A DNA stretch of 64,000 nucleotides, taken from NCBI GenBank assembly GCA_964057225.1, contig CAXKVF010000080.1:186001-250000 (forward strand), read 5' to 3'. Positions 40,259-54,300 of this stretch are shown in pieces. The notes below the pieces were generated by a model. It had not been told where the DNA came from. It was given only the letters and a program-made list of their open reading frames with translations, and did not search any database. How positions within the stretch are numbered: the stretch's first letter is position 1; the number at the start of each line of letters is the position of its first letter. Source of the stretch: Auanema rhodensis. Its lineage: Eukaryota; Animalia; Nematoda. The translations under genes and the position numbers were made by a program.

Positions 40259-43200
40259 TGTCCATATTAGTCTAAAAACAAATTTTTATTGATATTGCTT
40301 CATGGTAACCATGACTTTGAAATTTACGTGAACTTTAATTTATGCTAATTAAATGTACACGTGATGTGCACTTGGTATGTAACTCGCTTCACGTGAAAGA
40401 TAAAGAGATGCGGTTTTCAAAATTAGATTCCCCATGTCCATATTAGTCTAAAAACAAATTTTTATTGATATTGCTTCATGGTAACCATGACTTTGAAATT
40501 TACGTGAACTTTAATTTATGCTAATTAAATGTACACGTGATGTGCACTTGGTATGTAACTCGCTTCACGTGAAAGATAAAGAGATGCGGTTTTCAAAATT
40601 AGATTCCCCATGTCCATATTAGTCTAAAAACAAATTTTTATTGATATTGCTTCATGGTAACCATGACTTTGAAATTTACGTGAACTTTAATTTATGCTAA
40701 TTAAATGTACACGTGATGTGCACTTGGTATGTAACTCGCTTCACGTGAAAGATAAAGAGATGCGGTTTTCAAAATTAGATTCCCCATGTCCATATTAGTC
40801 TAAAAACAAATTTTTATTGATATTGCTTCATGGTAACCATGACTTTGAAATTTACGTGAACTTTAATTTATGCTAATTAAATGTACACGTGATGTGCACT
40901 TGGTATGTAACTCGCTTCACGTGAAAGATAAAGAGATGCGGTTTTCAAAATTAGATTCCCCATGTCCATATTAGTCTAAAAACAAATTTTTATTGATATT
41001 GCTTCATGGTAACCATGACTTTGAAATTTACGTGAACTTTAATTTATGCTAATTAAATGTACACGTGATGTGCACTTGGTATGTAACTCGCTTCACGTGA
41101 AAGATAAAGAGATGCGGTTTTCAAAATTAGATTCCCCCTGTCCATATTAGTCTAAAAACAAATTTTTATTGATATTGCTTCATGGTAACCATGACTTTGA
41201 AATTTACGTGAACTTTAATTTATGCTAATTAAATGTACACGTGATGTGCACTTGGTATGTAACTCGCTTCACGTGAAAGATAAAGAGATGCGGTTTTCAA
41301 AATTAGATTCCCCATGTCCATATTAGTCTAAAAACAAATTTTTATTGATATTGGTGCATGGTAACCATGACTTTGAAATTTACGTGAACTTTAATTTATG
41401 CTAATTAAATGTACACGTGATGTGCACTTGGTATGTAACTCGCTTCACGTGAAAGATAAAGAGATGCGGTTTTCAAAATTAGATTCCCCATGTCCATATT
41501 AGTCTAAAAACAAATTTTTATTGATATTGCTTCATGCTAACCATGACTTTGAAATTTACGTGAACTTTAATTTATGCTAATTAAATGTACACGTGATGTG
41601 CACTTGGTATGTAACTCGCTTCACGTGAAAGATAAAGAGATGCGGTTTTCAAAATTAGATTCCCCCTGTCCATATTAGTCTAAAAACAAATTTTTATTGA
41701 TATTGCTTCATGGTAACCATGACTTTGAAATTTACGTGAACTTTAATTTATGCTAATTAAATGTACACGTGATGTGCACTTGGTATGTAACTCGCTTCAC
41801 GTGAAAGATAAAGAGATGCGGTTTTCAAAATTAGATTCCCCATGTCCATATTAGTCTAAAAACAAATTTTTATTGATATTGCTTCATGGTAACCATGACT
41901 TTGAAATTTACGTGAACTTTAATTTATGCTAATTAAATGTACACGTGATGTGCACTTGGTATGTAACTCGCTTCACGTGAAAGATAAAGAGATGCGGTTT
42001 TCAAAATTAGATTCCCCATGTCCATATTAGTTTAAAAACAAATTTTTATTGATATTGGTGCATGGTAACCATGACTTTGAAATTTACGTGAACTTTAATT
42101 TATGCTAATTAAATTTACACGTGATGTGCACTTGGTATGTAACTCGCTTCACGTGAAAGAAGAAGAGATGCGGTTTTCAAAATTAGATTCCCCATGTCCA
42201 TATTAGTCTAAAAACAAATTTTTATTGATATTGCTTCATGGTAACCATGACTTTGAAATTTACGTGAACTTTAATTTATGCTAATTAAATGTACACGTGA
42301 TGTGCACTTGGTATGTAACTCGCTTCACGTGAAAGATAAAGAGATGCGGTTTTCAAAATTAGATTCCCCATGTCCATATTAGTCTAAAAACAAATTTTTA
42401 TTGATATTGGTGCATGGTAACCATGACTTTGAAATTTACGTGAACTTTAATTCATGCTAATTAAATGTACACGTGATGTGCACTTGGTATGTAACTCGCT
42501 TCACGTGAAAGATAAAGAGATGCGGTTTTCAAAATTAGATTCCCCATGTCCATATTAGTCTAAAAACAAATTTTTATTGATATTGGTTCATGGTAACCAT
42601 GACTTTGAAATTTACGTGAACTTTAATTTATGCTAATTAAATGTACACGTGATGTGCACTTGGTATGTAACTCGCTTCACGTGAAAGATAAAGAGATGCG
42701 GTTTTCAAAATTAGATTCCCCATGTCCATATTAGTCTAAAAACAAATTTTTATTGATATTGCTTCATGGTAACCATGACTTTGAAATTTACGTGAACTTT
42801 AATTTATGCTAATTAAATGTACACGTGATGTGCACTTGGTATGTAACTCGCTTCACGTGAAAGATAAAGAGATGCGGTTTTCAAAATTAGATTCCCCCTG
42901 TCCATATTAGTCTAAAAACAAATTTTTATTGATATTGCTTCATGGTAACCATGACTTTGAAATTTACGTGAACTTTAATTTATGCTAATTAAATGTACAC
43001 GTGATGTGCACTTGGTATGTAACTCGCTTCACGTGAAAGATAAAGAGATGCGGTTTTCAAAATTAGATTCCCCATGTCCATATTAGTCTAAAAACAAATT
43101 TTTATTGATATTGCTTCATGGTAACCATGACTTTGAAATTTACGTGAACTTTAATTTATGCTAATTAAATGTACACGTGATGTGCACTTGGTATGTAACT

Positions 43201-46200
43201 CGCTTCACGTGAAAGATAAAGAGATGCGGTTTTCAAAATTAGATTACCCATGTCCATATTAGTCTAAAAACAAATTTTTATTGATATTGCTTCATGGTAA
43301 CCATGACTTTGAAATTTACGTGAACTTTAATTTATGCTAATTAAATGTACACGTGATGTGCACTTGGTATGTAACTCGCTTCACGTGAAAGATAAAGAGA
43401 TGCGGTTTTCAAAATTAGATTCCCCATGTCCATATTAGTCTAAAAACAAATTTTTATTGATATTGCTTCATGGTAACCATGACTTTGAAATTTACGTGAA
43501 CTTTAATTTATGCTAATTAAATGTACACGTGATGTGCACTTGGTATGTAACTCGCTTCACGTGAAAGATAAAGAGATGCGGTTTTCAAAATTAGATTCCC
43601 CATGTCCATATTAGTCTAAAAACAAATTTTTATTGATATTGCTTCATGGTAACCATGACTTTGAAATTTACGTGAACTTTAATTTATGCTAATTAAATGT
43701 ACACGTGATGTGCACTTGGTATGTAACTCGCTTCACGTGAAAGATAAAGAGATGCGGTTTTCAAAATTAGATTCCCCATGTCCATATTAGTCTAAAAACA
43801 AATTTTTATTGATATTGCTTCATGGTAACCATGACTTTGAAATTTACGTGAACTTTAATTTATGCTAATTAAATGTACACGTGATGTGCACTTGGTATGT
43901 AACTCGCTTCACGTGAAAGATAAAGAGATGCGGTTTTCAAAATTAGATTCCCCCTGTCCATATTAGTCTAAAAACAAATTTTTATTGATATTGCTTCATG
44001 GTAACCATGACTTTGAAATTTACGTGAACTTTAATTTATGCTAATTAAATGTACACGTGATGTGCACTTGGTATGTAACTCGCTTCACGTGAAAGATAAA
44101 GAGATGCGGTTTTCAAAATTAGATTCCCCATGTCCATATTAGTCTAAAAACAAATTTTTATTGATATTGGTGCATGGTAACCATGACTTTGAAATTTACG
44201 TGAACTTTAATTTATGCTAATTAAATGTACACGTGATGTGCACTTGGTATGTAACTCGCTTCACGTGAAAGATAAAGAGATGCGGTTTTCAAAATTAGAT
44301 TCCCCATGTCCATATTAGTCTAAAAACAAATTTTTATTGATATTGCTTCATGCTAACCATGACTTTGAAATTTACGTGAACTTTAATTTATGCTAATTAA
44401 ATGTACACGTGATGTGCACTTGGTATGTAACTCGCTTCACGTGAAAGATAAAGAGATGCGATTTTCAAAATTAGATTCCCCCTGTCCATATTAGTCTAAA
44501 AACAAATTTTTATTGATATTGCTTCATGGTAACCATGACTTTGAAATTTACGTGAACTTTAATTTATGCTAATTAAATGTACACGTGATGTGCACTTGGT
44601 ATGTAACTCGCTTCACGTGAAAGATAAAGAGATGCGGTTTTCAAAATTAGATTCCCCATGTCCATATTAGTCTAAAAACAAATTTTTATTGATATTGCTT
44701 CATGGTAACCATGACTTTGAAATTTACGTGAACTTTAATTTATGCTAATTAAATGTACACGTGATGTGCACTTGGTATGTAACTCGCTTCACGTGAAAGA
44801 TAAAGAGATGCGGTTTTCAAAATTAGATTCCCCATGTCCATATTAGTTTAAAAACAAATTTTTATTGATATTGGTGCATGGTAACCATGACTTTGAAATT
44901 TACGTGAACTTTAATTTATGCTAATTAAATTTACACGTGATGTGCACTTGGTATGTAACTCGCTTCACGTGAAAGAAGAAGAGATGCGGTTTTCAAAATT
45001 AGATTCCCCATGTCCATATTAGTCTAAAAACAAATTTTTATTGATATTGCTTCATGGTAACCATGACTTTGAAATTTACGTGAACTTTAATTTATGCTAA
45101 TTAAATGTACACGTGATGTGCACTTGGTATGTAACTCGCTTCACGTGAAAGATAAAGAGATGCGGTTTTCAAAATTAGATTCCCCATGTCCATATTAGTC
45201 TAAAAACAAATTTTTATTGATATTGGTGCATGGTAACCATGACTTTGAAATTTACGTGAACTTTAATTCATGCTAATTAAATGTACACGTGATGTGCACT
45301 TGGTATGTAACTCGCTTCACGTGAAAGATAAAGAGATGCGGTTTTCAAAATTAGATTCCCCATGTCCATATTAGTCTAAAAACAAATTTTTATTGATATT
45401 GGTTCATGGTAACCATGACTTTGAAATTTACGTGAACTTTAATTTATGCTAATTAAATGTACACGTGATGTGCACTTGGTATGTAACTCGCTTCACGTGA
45501 AAGATAAAGAGATGCGGTTTTCAAAATTAGATTCCCCATGTCCATATTAGTCTAAAAACAAATTTTTATTGATATTGCTTCATGGTAACCATGACTTTGA
45601 AATTTACGTGAACTTTAATTTATGCTAATTAAATGTACACGTGATGTGCACTTGGTATGTAACTCGCTTCACGTGAAAGATAAAGAGATGCGGTTTTCAA
45701 AATTAGATTCCCCCTGTCCATATTAGTCTAAAAACAAATTTTTATTGATATTGCTTCATGGTAACCATGACTTTGAAATTTACGTGAACTTTAATTTATG
45801 CTAATTAAATGTACACGTGATGTGCACTTGGTATGTAACTCGCTTCACGTGAAAGATAAAGAGATGCGGTTTTCAAAATTAGATTCCCCATGTCCATATT
45901 AGTCTAAAAACAAATTTTTATTGATATTGCTTCATGGTAACCATGACTTTGAAATTTACGTGAACTTTAATTTATGCTAATTAAATGTACACGTGATGTG
46001 CACTTGGTATGTAACTCGCTTCACGTGAAAGATAAAGAGATGCGGTTTTCAAAATTAGATTCCCCATGTCCATATTAGTCTAAAAACAAATTTTTATTGA
46101 TATTGCTTCATGGTAACCATGACTTTGAAATTTACGTGAACTTTAATTTATGCTAATTAAATGTACACGTGATGTGCACTTGGTATGTAACTCGCTTCAC

Positions 46201-46241
46201 GTGAAAGATAAAGAGATGCGGTTTTCAAAATTAGATTCCCC
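40259..46241. repeat. Tandem 16-monomer duplication (2816-bp period)
   Basis: CATGCTA at 41537/44353, TAGTTTA at 42032/44848, AAATTTAC at 42115/44931, TTCATGC at 42453/45269, CCCCTG at 41138/43954. Private differences at 43246 and 44461. Confidence 0.9.
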
Positions 46242-49200
46242 CTGTCCATATTAGTCTAAAAACAAATTTTTATTGATATTGCTTCATGGTAACCATGACT
46301 TTGAAATTTACGTGAACTTTAATTTATGCTAATTAAATGTACACGTGATGTGCACTTGGTATGTAACTCGCTTCACGTGAAAGATAAAGAGATGCGGTTT
46401 TCAAAATTAGATTCCCCATGTCCATATTAGTCTAAAAACAAATTTTTATTGATATTGGTGCATGGTAACCATGACTTTGAAATTTACGTGAACTTTAATT
46501 TATGCTAATTAAATGTACACGTGATGTGCACTTGGTATGTAACTCGCTTCACGTGAAAGATAAAGAGATGCGGTTTTCAAAATTAGATTCCCCATGTCCA
46601 TATTAGTCTAAAAACAAATTTTTATTGATATTGCTTCATGGTAACCATGACTTTGAAATTTACGTGAACTTTAATTTATGCTAATTAAATGTACACGTGA
46701 TGTGCACTTGGTATGTAACTCGCTTCACGTGAAAGATAAAGAGATGCGGTTTTCAAAATTAGATTCCCCATGTCCATATTAGTCTAAAAACAAATTTTTA
46801 TTGATATTGCTTCATGGTAACCATGACTTTGAAATTTACGTGAACTTTAATTTATGCTAATTAAATGTACACGTGATGTGCACTTGGTATGTAACTCGCT
46901 TCACGTGAAAGATAAAGAGATGCGGTTTTCAAAATTAGATTCCCCATGTCCACATTAGTCTAAAAACAAATTTTTATTGATATTGCTTCATGGTAACCAT
47001 GACTTTGAAATTTACGTGAACTTTAATTTATGCTAATTAAATGTACACGTGATGTGCACTTGGTATGTAACTCGCTTCACGTGAAAGATAAAGAGATGCG
47101 GTTTTCAAAATTAGATTCCCCCTGTCCATATTAGTCTAAAAACAAATTTTTATTGATATTGCTTCATGGTAACCATGACTTTGAAATTTACGTGAACTTT
47201 AATTTATGCTAATTAAATGTACACGTGATGTGCACTTGGTATGTAACTCGCTTCACGTGAAAGATAAAGAGATGCGGTTTTCAAAATTAGATTCCCCATG
47301 TCCATATTAGTCTAAAAACAAATTTTTATTGATATTGGTGCATGGTAACCATGACTTTGAAATTTACGTGAACTTTAATTTATGCTAATTAAATGTACAC
47401 GTGATGTGCACTTGGTATGTAACTCGCTTCACGTGAAAGATAAAGAGATGCGGTTTTCAAAATTAGATTCCCCATGTCCATATTAGTCTAAAAACAAATT
47501 TTTATTGATATTGCTTCATGGTAACCATGACTTTGAAATTTACGTGAACTTTAATTTATGCTAATTAAATGTACACGTGATGTGCACTTGGTATGTAACT
47601 CGCTTCACGTGAAAGATAAAGAGATGCGGTTTTCAAAATTAGATTCCCCATGTCCATATTAGTCTAAAAACAAATTTTTATTGATATTGCTTCATGGTAA
47701 CCATGACTTTGAAATTTACGTGAACTTTAATTTATGCTAATTAAATGTACACGTGATGTGCACTTGGTATGTAACTCGCTTCACGTGAAAGATAAAGAGA
47801 TGCGGTTTTTAAAATTAGATTCCCCATGTCCATATTAGTCTAAAAACAAATTTTTATTGATATTGGTGCATGGTAACCATGACTTTGAAATTTACGTGAA
47901 CTTTAATTTATGCTAATTAAATGTACACGTGATGTGCACTTGGTATGTAACTCGCTTCACGTGAAAGATAAAGAGATGCGGTTTTCAAAATTAGATTCCC
48001 CATGTCCATATTAGTCTAAAAACAAATTTTTATTGATATTGGTGCATGGTAACCATGACTTTGAAATTTACGTGAACTTTAATTTATGCTAATTAAATGT
48101 ACACGTGATGTGCACTTGGTATGTAACTCGCTTCACGTGAAAGATAAAGAGATGCGGTTTTCAAAATTAGATTCCCCATGTCCATATTAGTCTAAAAACA
48201 AATTTTTATTGATATTGCTTCATGGTAACCATGACTTTGAAATTTACGTGAACTTTAATTTATGCTAATTAAATGTACACGTGATGTGCACTTGGTATGT
48301 AACTCGCTTCACGTGAAAGATAAAGAGATGCGGTTTTCAAAATTAGATTCCCCCTGTCCATATTAGTCTAAAAACAAATTTTTATTGATATTGCTCCATG
48401 GTAACCATGACTTTGAAATTTACGTGAACTTTAATTTATGCTAATTAAATGTACACGTGATGTGCACTTGGTATGTAACTCGCTTCACGTGAAAGATAAA
48501 GAGATGCGGTTTTCAAAATTAGATTCCCCATGTCCATATTAGTCTAAAAACAAATTTTTATTGATATTGCTTCATGGTAACCATGACTTTGAAATTTACG
48601 TGAACTTTAATTTATGCTAATTAAATGTACACGTGATGTGCACTTGGTATGTAACTCGCTTCACGTGAAAGATAAAGAGATGCGGTTTTCAAAATTAGAT
48701 TCCCCATGTCCATATTAGTCTAAAAACAAATTTTTATTGATATTGCTTCATGGTAACCATGACTTTGAAATTTACGTGAACTTTAATTTATGCTAATTAA
48801 ATGTACACGTGATGTGCACTTGGTATGTAACTCGCTTCACGTGAAAGATAAAGAGATGCGGTTTTCAAAATTAGATTCCCCCTGTCCATATTAGTCTAAA
48901 AACAAATTTTTATTGATATTGCTTCATGGTAACCATGACTTTGAAATTTACGTGAACTTTAATTTATGCTAATTAAATGTACACGTGATGTGCACTTGGT
49001 ATGTAACTCGCTTCACGTGAAAGATAAAGAGATGCGGTTTTCAAAATTAGATTCCCCATGTCCATATTAGTCTAAAAACAAATTTTTATTGATATTGGTG
49101 CATGGTAACCATGACTTTGAAATTTACGTGAACTTTAATTTATGCTAATTAAATGTACACGTGATGTGCACTTGGTATGTAACTCGCTTCACGTGAAAGA

Positions 49201-51314
49201 TAAAGAGATGCGGTTTTCAAAATTAGATTCCCCATGTCCATATTAGTCTAAAAACAAATTTTTATTGATATTGCTTCATGGTAACCATGACTTTGAAATT
49301 TACGTGAACTTTAATTTATGCTAATTAAATGTACACGTGATGTGCACTTGGTATGTAACTCGCTTCACGTGAAAGATAAAGAGATGCGGTTTTCAAAATT
49401 AGATTCCCCATGTCCATATTAGTCTAAAAACAAATTTTTATTGATATTGCTTCATGGTAACCATGACTTTGAAATTTACGTGAACTTTAATTTATGCTAA
49501 TTAAATGTACACGTGATGTGCACTTGGTATGTGACTCGCTTCACGTGAAAGATAAAGAGATGCGGTTTTTAAAATTAGATTCCCCATGTCCATATTAGTC
49601 TCAAAACAAATTTTTATTGATATTGGTTCAAGGTAACCATGACTTTGAAATTTACGTGAACTTTAATTTATGCTAATTAAATGTACACGTGATGTGCACT
49701 TGGTATGTAACTCGCTTCACGTGAAAGATAAAGAGATGCGGTTTTCAAAATTAGATTCCCCATGTCCATATTAGTCTAAAAACACATTTTTATTGATATT
49801 GCTTCATGGTAACCATGACTTTGAAATTTACGTGAACTTTAATTTATGCTAATTAAATGTACACGTGATGTGCACTTGGTATGTAACTCGCTTCACGTGA
49901 AAGATAAAGAGATGCGGTTTTTAAAATTAGATTCCCCATGTCCATATTAGTCTCAAAACAAATTTTTATTGATATTGGTTCATGGTAACCATGACTTTGA
50001 AATTTACGTGAACTTTAATTTATGCTAATTAAATGTACACGTGATGTGCACTTGGTATGTAACTCGCTTCACGTGAAAGATAAAGAGATGCGGTTTTCAA
50101 AATTAGATTCCCCATGTCCATATTAGTCTAAAAACAAATTTTTATTGATATTGGTGCATGGTAACCATGACTTTGAAATTTACGTGAACTTTAATTTATG
50201 CTAATTAAATGTACACGTGATGTGCACTTGGTATGTAACTCGCTTCACGTGAAAGATAAAGAGATGCGGTTTTCAAAATTAGATTCCCCATGTCCATATT
50301 AGTCTAAAAACAAATTTTTATTGATATTGGTTCATGGTAACCATGACTTTGAAATTTACGTGAACTTTAATTTATGCTAATTAAATGTACACGTGATGTG
50401 CACTTGGTATGTAACTCGCTTCACGTGAAAGATAAAGAGATGCGGTTTTCAAAATTAGATTCCCCATGTCAATATTAGTCTAAAAACAAATTTTTATTGA
50501 TATTGGTTCATGGTAACCATGACTTTGAAATTTACGTGAACTTTAATTTATGCTAATTAAATGTACACGTGATGTGCACTTGGTATGTAACTCGCTTCAC
50601 GTGAAAGATAAAGAGATGCGGTTTTCAAAATTAGATTCCCCATGTCCATATTAGTCTAAAAACAAATTTTTATTGATATTGGTGCATGGTAACCATGACT
50701 TTGAAATTTACGTGAACTTTAATTTATGCTAATTAAATGTACACGTGATGTGCACTTGGTATGTAACTCGCTTCACGTGAAAGATAAAGAGATGCGGTTT
50801 TCAAAATTAGATTCCCCATGTCAATATTAGTCTAAAAACAAATTTTTATTGATATTGGTTCATGGTAACCATGACTTTGAAATTTACGTGAACTTTAATT
50901 TATGCTAATTAAATGTACACGTGATGTGCACTTGGTATGTAACTCGCTTCACGTGAAAGATAAAGAGATGCGGTTTTCAAAATTAGATTCCCCATGTCCA
51001 TATTAGTCTAAAAACAAATTTTTATTGATATTGGTTCATGGTAACCATGACTTTGAAATTTACGTGAACTTTAATTTATGCTAATTAAATGTACACGTGA
51101 TGTGCACTTGGTATGTAACTCGCTTCACGTGAAAGATAAAGAGATGCGGTTTTCAAAATTAGATTCCCCATGTCCATATTAGTCTAAAAACAAATTTTTA
51201 TTGATATTGGTGCATGGTAACCATGACTTTGAAATTTACGTGAACTTTAATTTATGCTAATTAAATGTACACGTGATGTGCACTTGGTATGTAACTCGCT
51301 TCACGTGAAAGATA

Positions 51315-54300
51315 AAGAGATGCGGTTTTCAAAATTAGATTCCCCATGTCCATATTAGTCTAAAAACAAATTTTTATTGATATTGGTTCATGGTAACCAT
51401 GACTTTGAAATTTACGTGAACTTTAATTTATGCTAATTAAATGTACACGTGATGTGCACTTGGTATGTAACTCGCTTCATGTGAAAGATAAAGAGATGCG
51501 GTTTTCAAAATTAGATTCCCCATGTCCATATTAGTCTAAAAACAAATTTTTATTGATATTGGTTCATGGTAACCATGACTTTGAAATTTACGTGAACTTT
51601 AATTTATGCTAATTAAATGTACACGTGATGTGCACTTGGTATGTAACTCGCTTCACGTGAAAGATAAAGAGATGCGGTTTTCAAAATTAGATTCCCCATG
51701 TCCATATTAGTCTAAAAACAAATTTTTATTGATATTGGTGCATGGTAACCATGACTTTGAAATTTACGTGAACTTTAATTTATGCTAATTAAATGTACAC
51801 GTGATGTGCACTTGGTATGTAACTCGCTTCACGTGAAAGATGAAGAGATGCGGTTTTCAAAATTAGATTCCCCATGTCCATATTAGTCTAAAAACAAATT
51901 TTTATTGATATTGGTGCATGGTAACCATGACTTTGAAATTTACGTGAACTTTAATTTATGCTAATTAAATGTACACGTGATGTGCACTTGGTATGTAACT
52001 CGCTTCACGTGAAAGATAAAGAGATGCGGTTTTCAAAATTATATTCCCCATGTCCATATTAGTTTAAAAACAAATTTTTATTGATATTGGTGCATGGTAA
52101 CCATGACTTTGAAATTTACGTGAACTTTAATTTATGCTAATTAAATGTACACGTGATGTGCACTTGGTATGTAACTCGCTTCACGTGAAAGATAAAGAGA
52201 TGCGGTTTTCAAAATTAGATTCCCCATGTCCATATTAGTCTAAAAACAAATTTTTATTGATATTGGTTCATGGTAACCATGACTTTGAAATTTACGTGAA
52301 CTTTAATTTATGCTAATTAAATGTACACGTGATGTGCACTTGGTATGTAACTCGCTTCACGTGAAAGATAAAGAGATGCGGTTTTCAAAATTAGATTCCC
52401 CATGGCCATATTAGTCTAAAAACAAATTTTTATTGATATTGGTGCATGGTAACCATGACTTTGAAATTTACGTGAACTTTAATTTATGCTAATTAAATGT
52501 ACACGTGATGTGCACTTGGTATGTAACTCGCTTCACGTGAAAGATAAAGAGATGCGGTTTTCAAAATTAGATTCCCCATGTCCATATTAGTCTAAAAACA
52601 AATTTTTATTGATATTGGTGCATGGTAACCATGACTTTGAAATTTACGTGAACTTTAATTTATGCTAATTAAATGTACACGTGATGTGCACTTGGTATGT
52701 TACTCGCTTCACGTGAAAGATAAAGAGATGCGGTTTTCAAAATTAGATTCCCCATGTCCATATTAGTCTAAAAACAAATTTTTATTGATATTGGTTCATG
52801 GTAACCATGACTTTGAAATTTACGTGAACTTTAATTTATGCTAATTAAATGTAGACGTGATGTGCACTTGGTATGTAACTCGCTTCACGTGAAAGATAAA
52901 GAGATGCGGTTTTCAAAATTAGATTCCCCATGTCCATATTAGTCTAAAAACAAATTTTTATTGATATTAGTTCATGGTAACCATGACTTTGAAATTTACG
53001 TGAACTTTAATTTATGCTAATTAAATGTACACGTGATGTGCACTTGGTATGTAACTCGCTTCACGTGAAAGATAAAGAGATGCGGTTTTCAAAATTAGAT
53101 TCCCCATGTCCATATTAGTCTAAAAACAAATTTTTATTGATATTGGTTCATGGTAACCATGACTTTGAAATTTACGTGAACTTTAATTTATGCTAATTAA
53201 ATGTACACGTGATGTGCACTTGGTATGTAACTCGCTTCACGTGAAAGATAAAGAGATGCGGTTTTCAAAATTAGATTCCCCATGTTCATATTAGTCTAAA
53301 AACAAATTTTTATTGATATTGGTGCATGGTAACCATGACTTTGAAATTTACGTGAACTTTAATTCATGCTAATTAAATGTACACGTGATGTGCACTTGGT
53401 ATGTAACTTGCTTCACGTGAAAGATAAAGAGATGCGGTTTTCAAAATTAGATTCCCCATGTCCATATTAGTCTAAAAACAAATTTTTATTGATATTGGTG
53501 CATGGTAACCATGACTTTGAAATTTACGTGAACTTTAATTTATGCTAATTAAATGTACACGTGATGTGCACTTGGTATGTAACTCGCTTCACGTGAAAGA
53601 TGAAGAGATGCGGTTTTCAAAATTAGATTCCCCATGTCCATATTAGTTTAAAAACAAATTTTTATTGATATTGGTGCATGGTAACCATGACTTTGAAATT
53701 TACGTGAACTTTAATTTATGCTAATTAAATGTACACGTGATGTGCACTTGGTATGTAACTCGCTTCACGTGAAAGATAAAGAGATGCGGTTTTCAAAATT
53801 AGATTCCCCATGTCCATATTAGTCTAAAAACAAATTTTTATTGATATTGGTTCATGCTAACCATGACTTTGAAATTTACGTGCACTTTAATTTATGCTAA
53901 TTAAATGTACACGTGATGTGCACTTGGTATGTAACTCGCTTCACGTGAAAGATAAAGAGATGCGGTTTTCAAAATTAGATTCCCCCTGTCCATATTAGTT
54001 TAAAAACAAATTTTTATTGATATTGGTGCATGGTAACCATGACTTTGAAATTTACGTGAACTTTAATTTATGCTAATTAAATTTACACGTGATGTGCACT
54101 TGGTATGTAACTCGCTTCACGTGAAAGAAGAAGAGATGCGGTTTTCAAAATTAGATTCCCCATGTCCATATTAGTCTAAAAACAAATTTTTATTGATATT
54201 GGTTCATGGTAACCATGACTTTGAAATTTACGTGAACTTTAATTTATGCTAATTAAATGTACACGTGATGTGCACTTGGTATGTAACTCGCTTCACGTGA

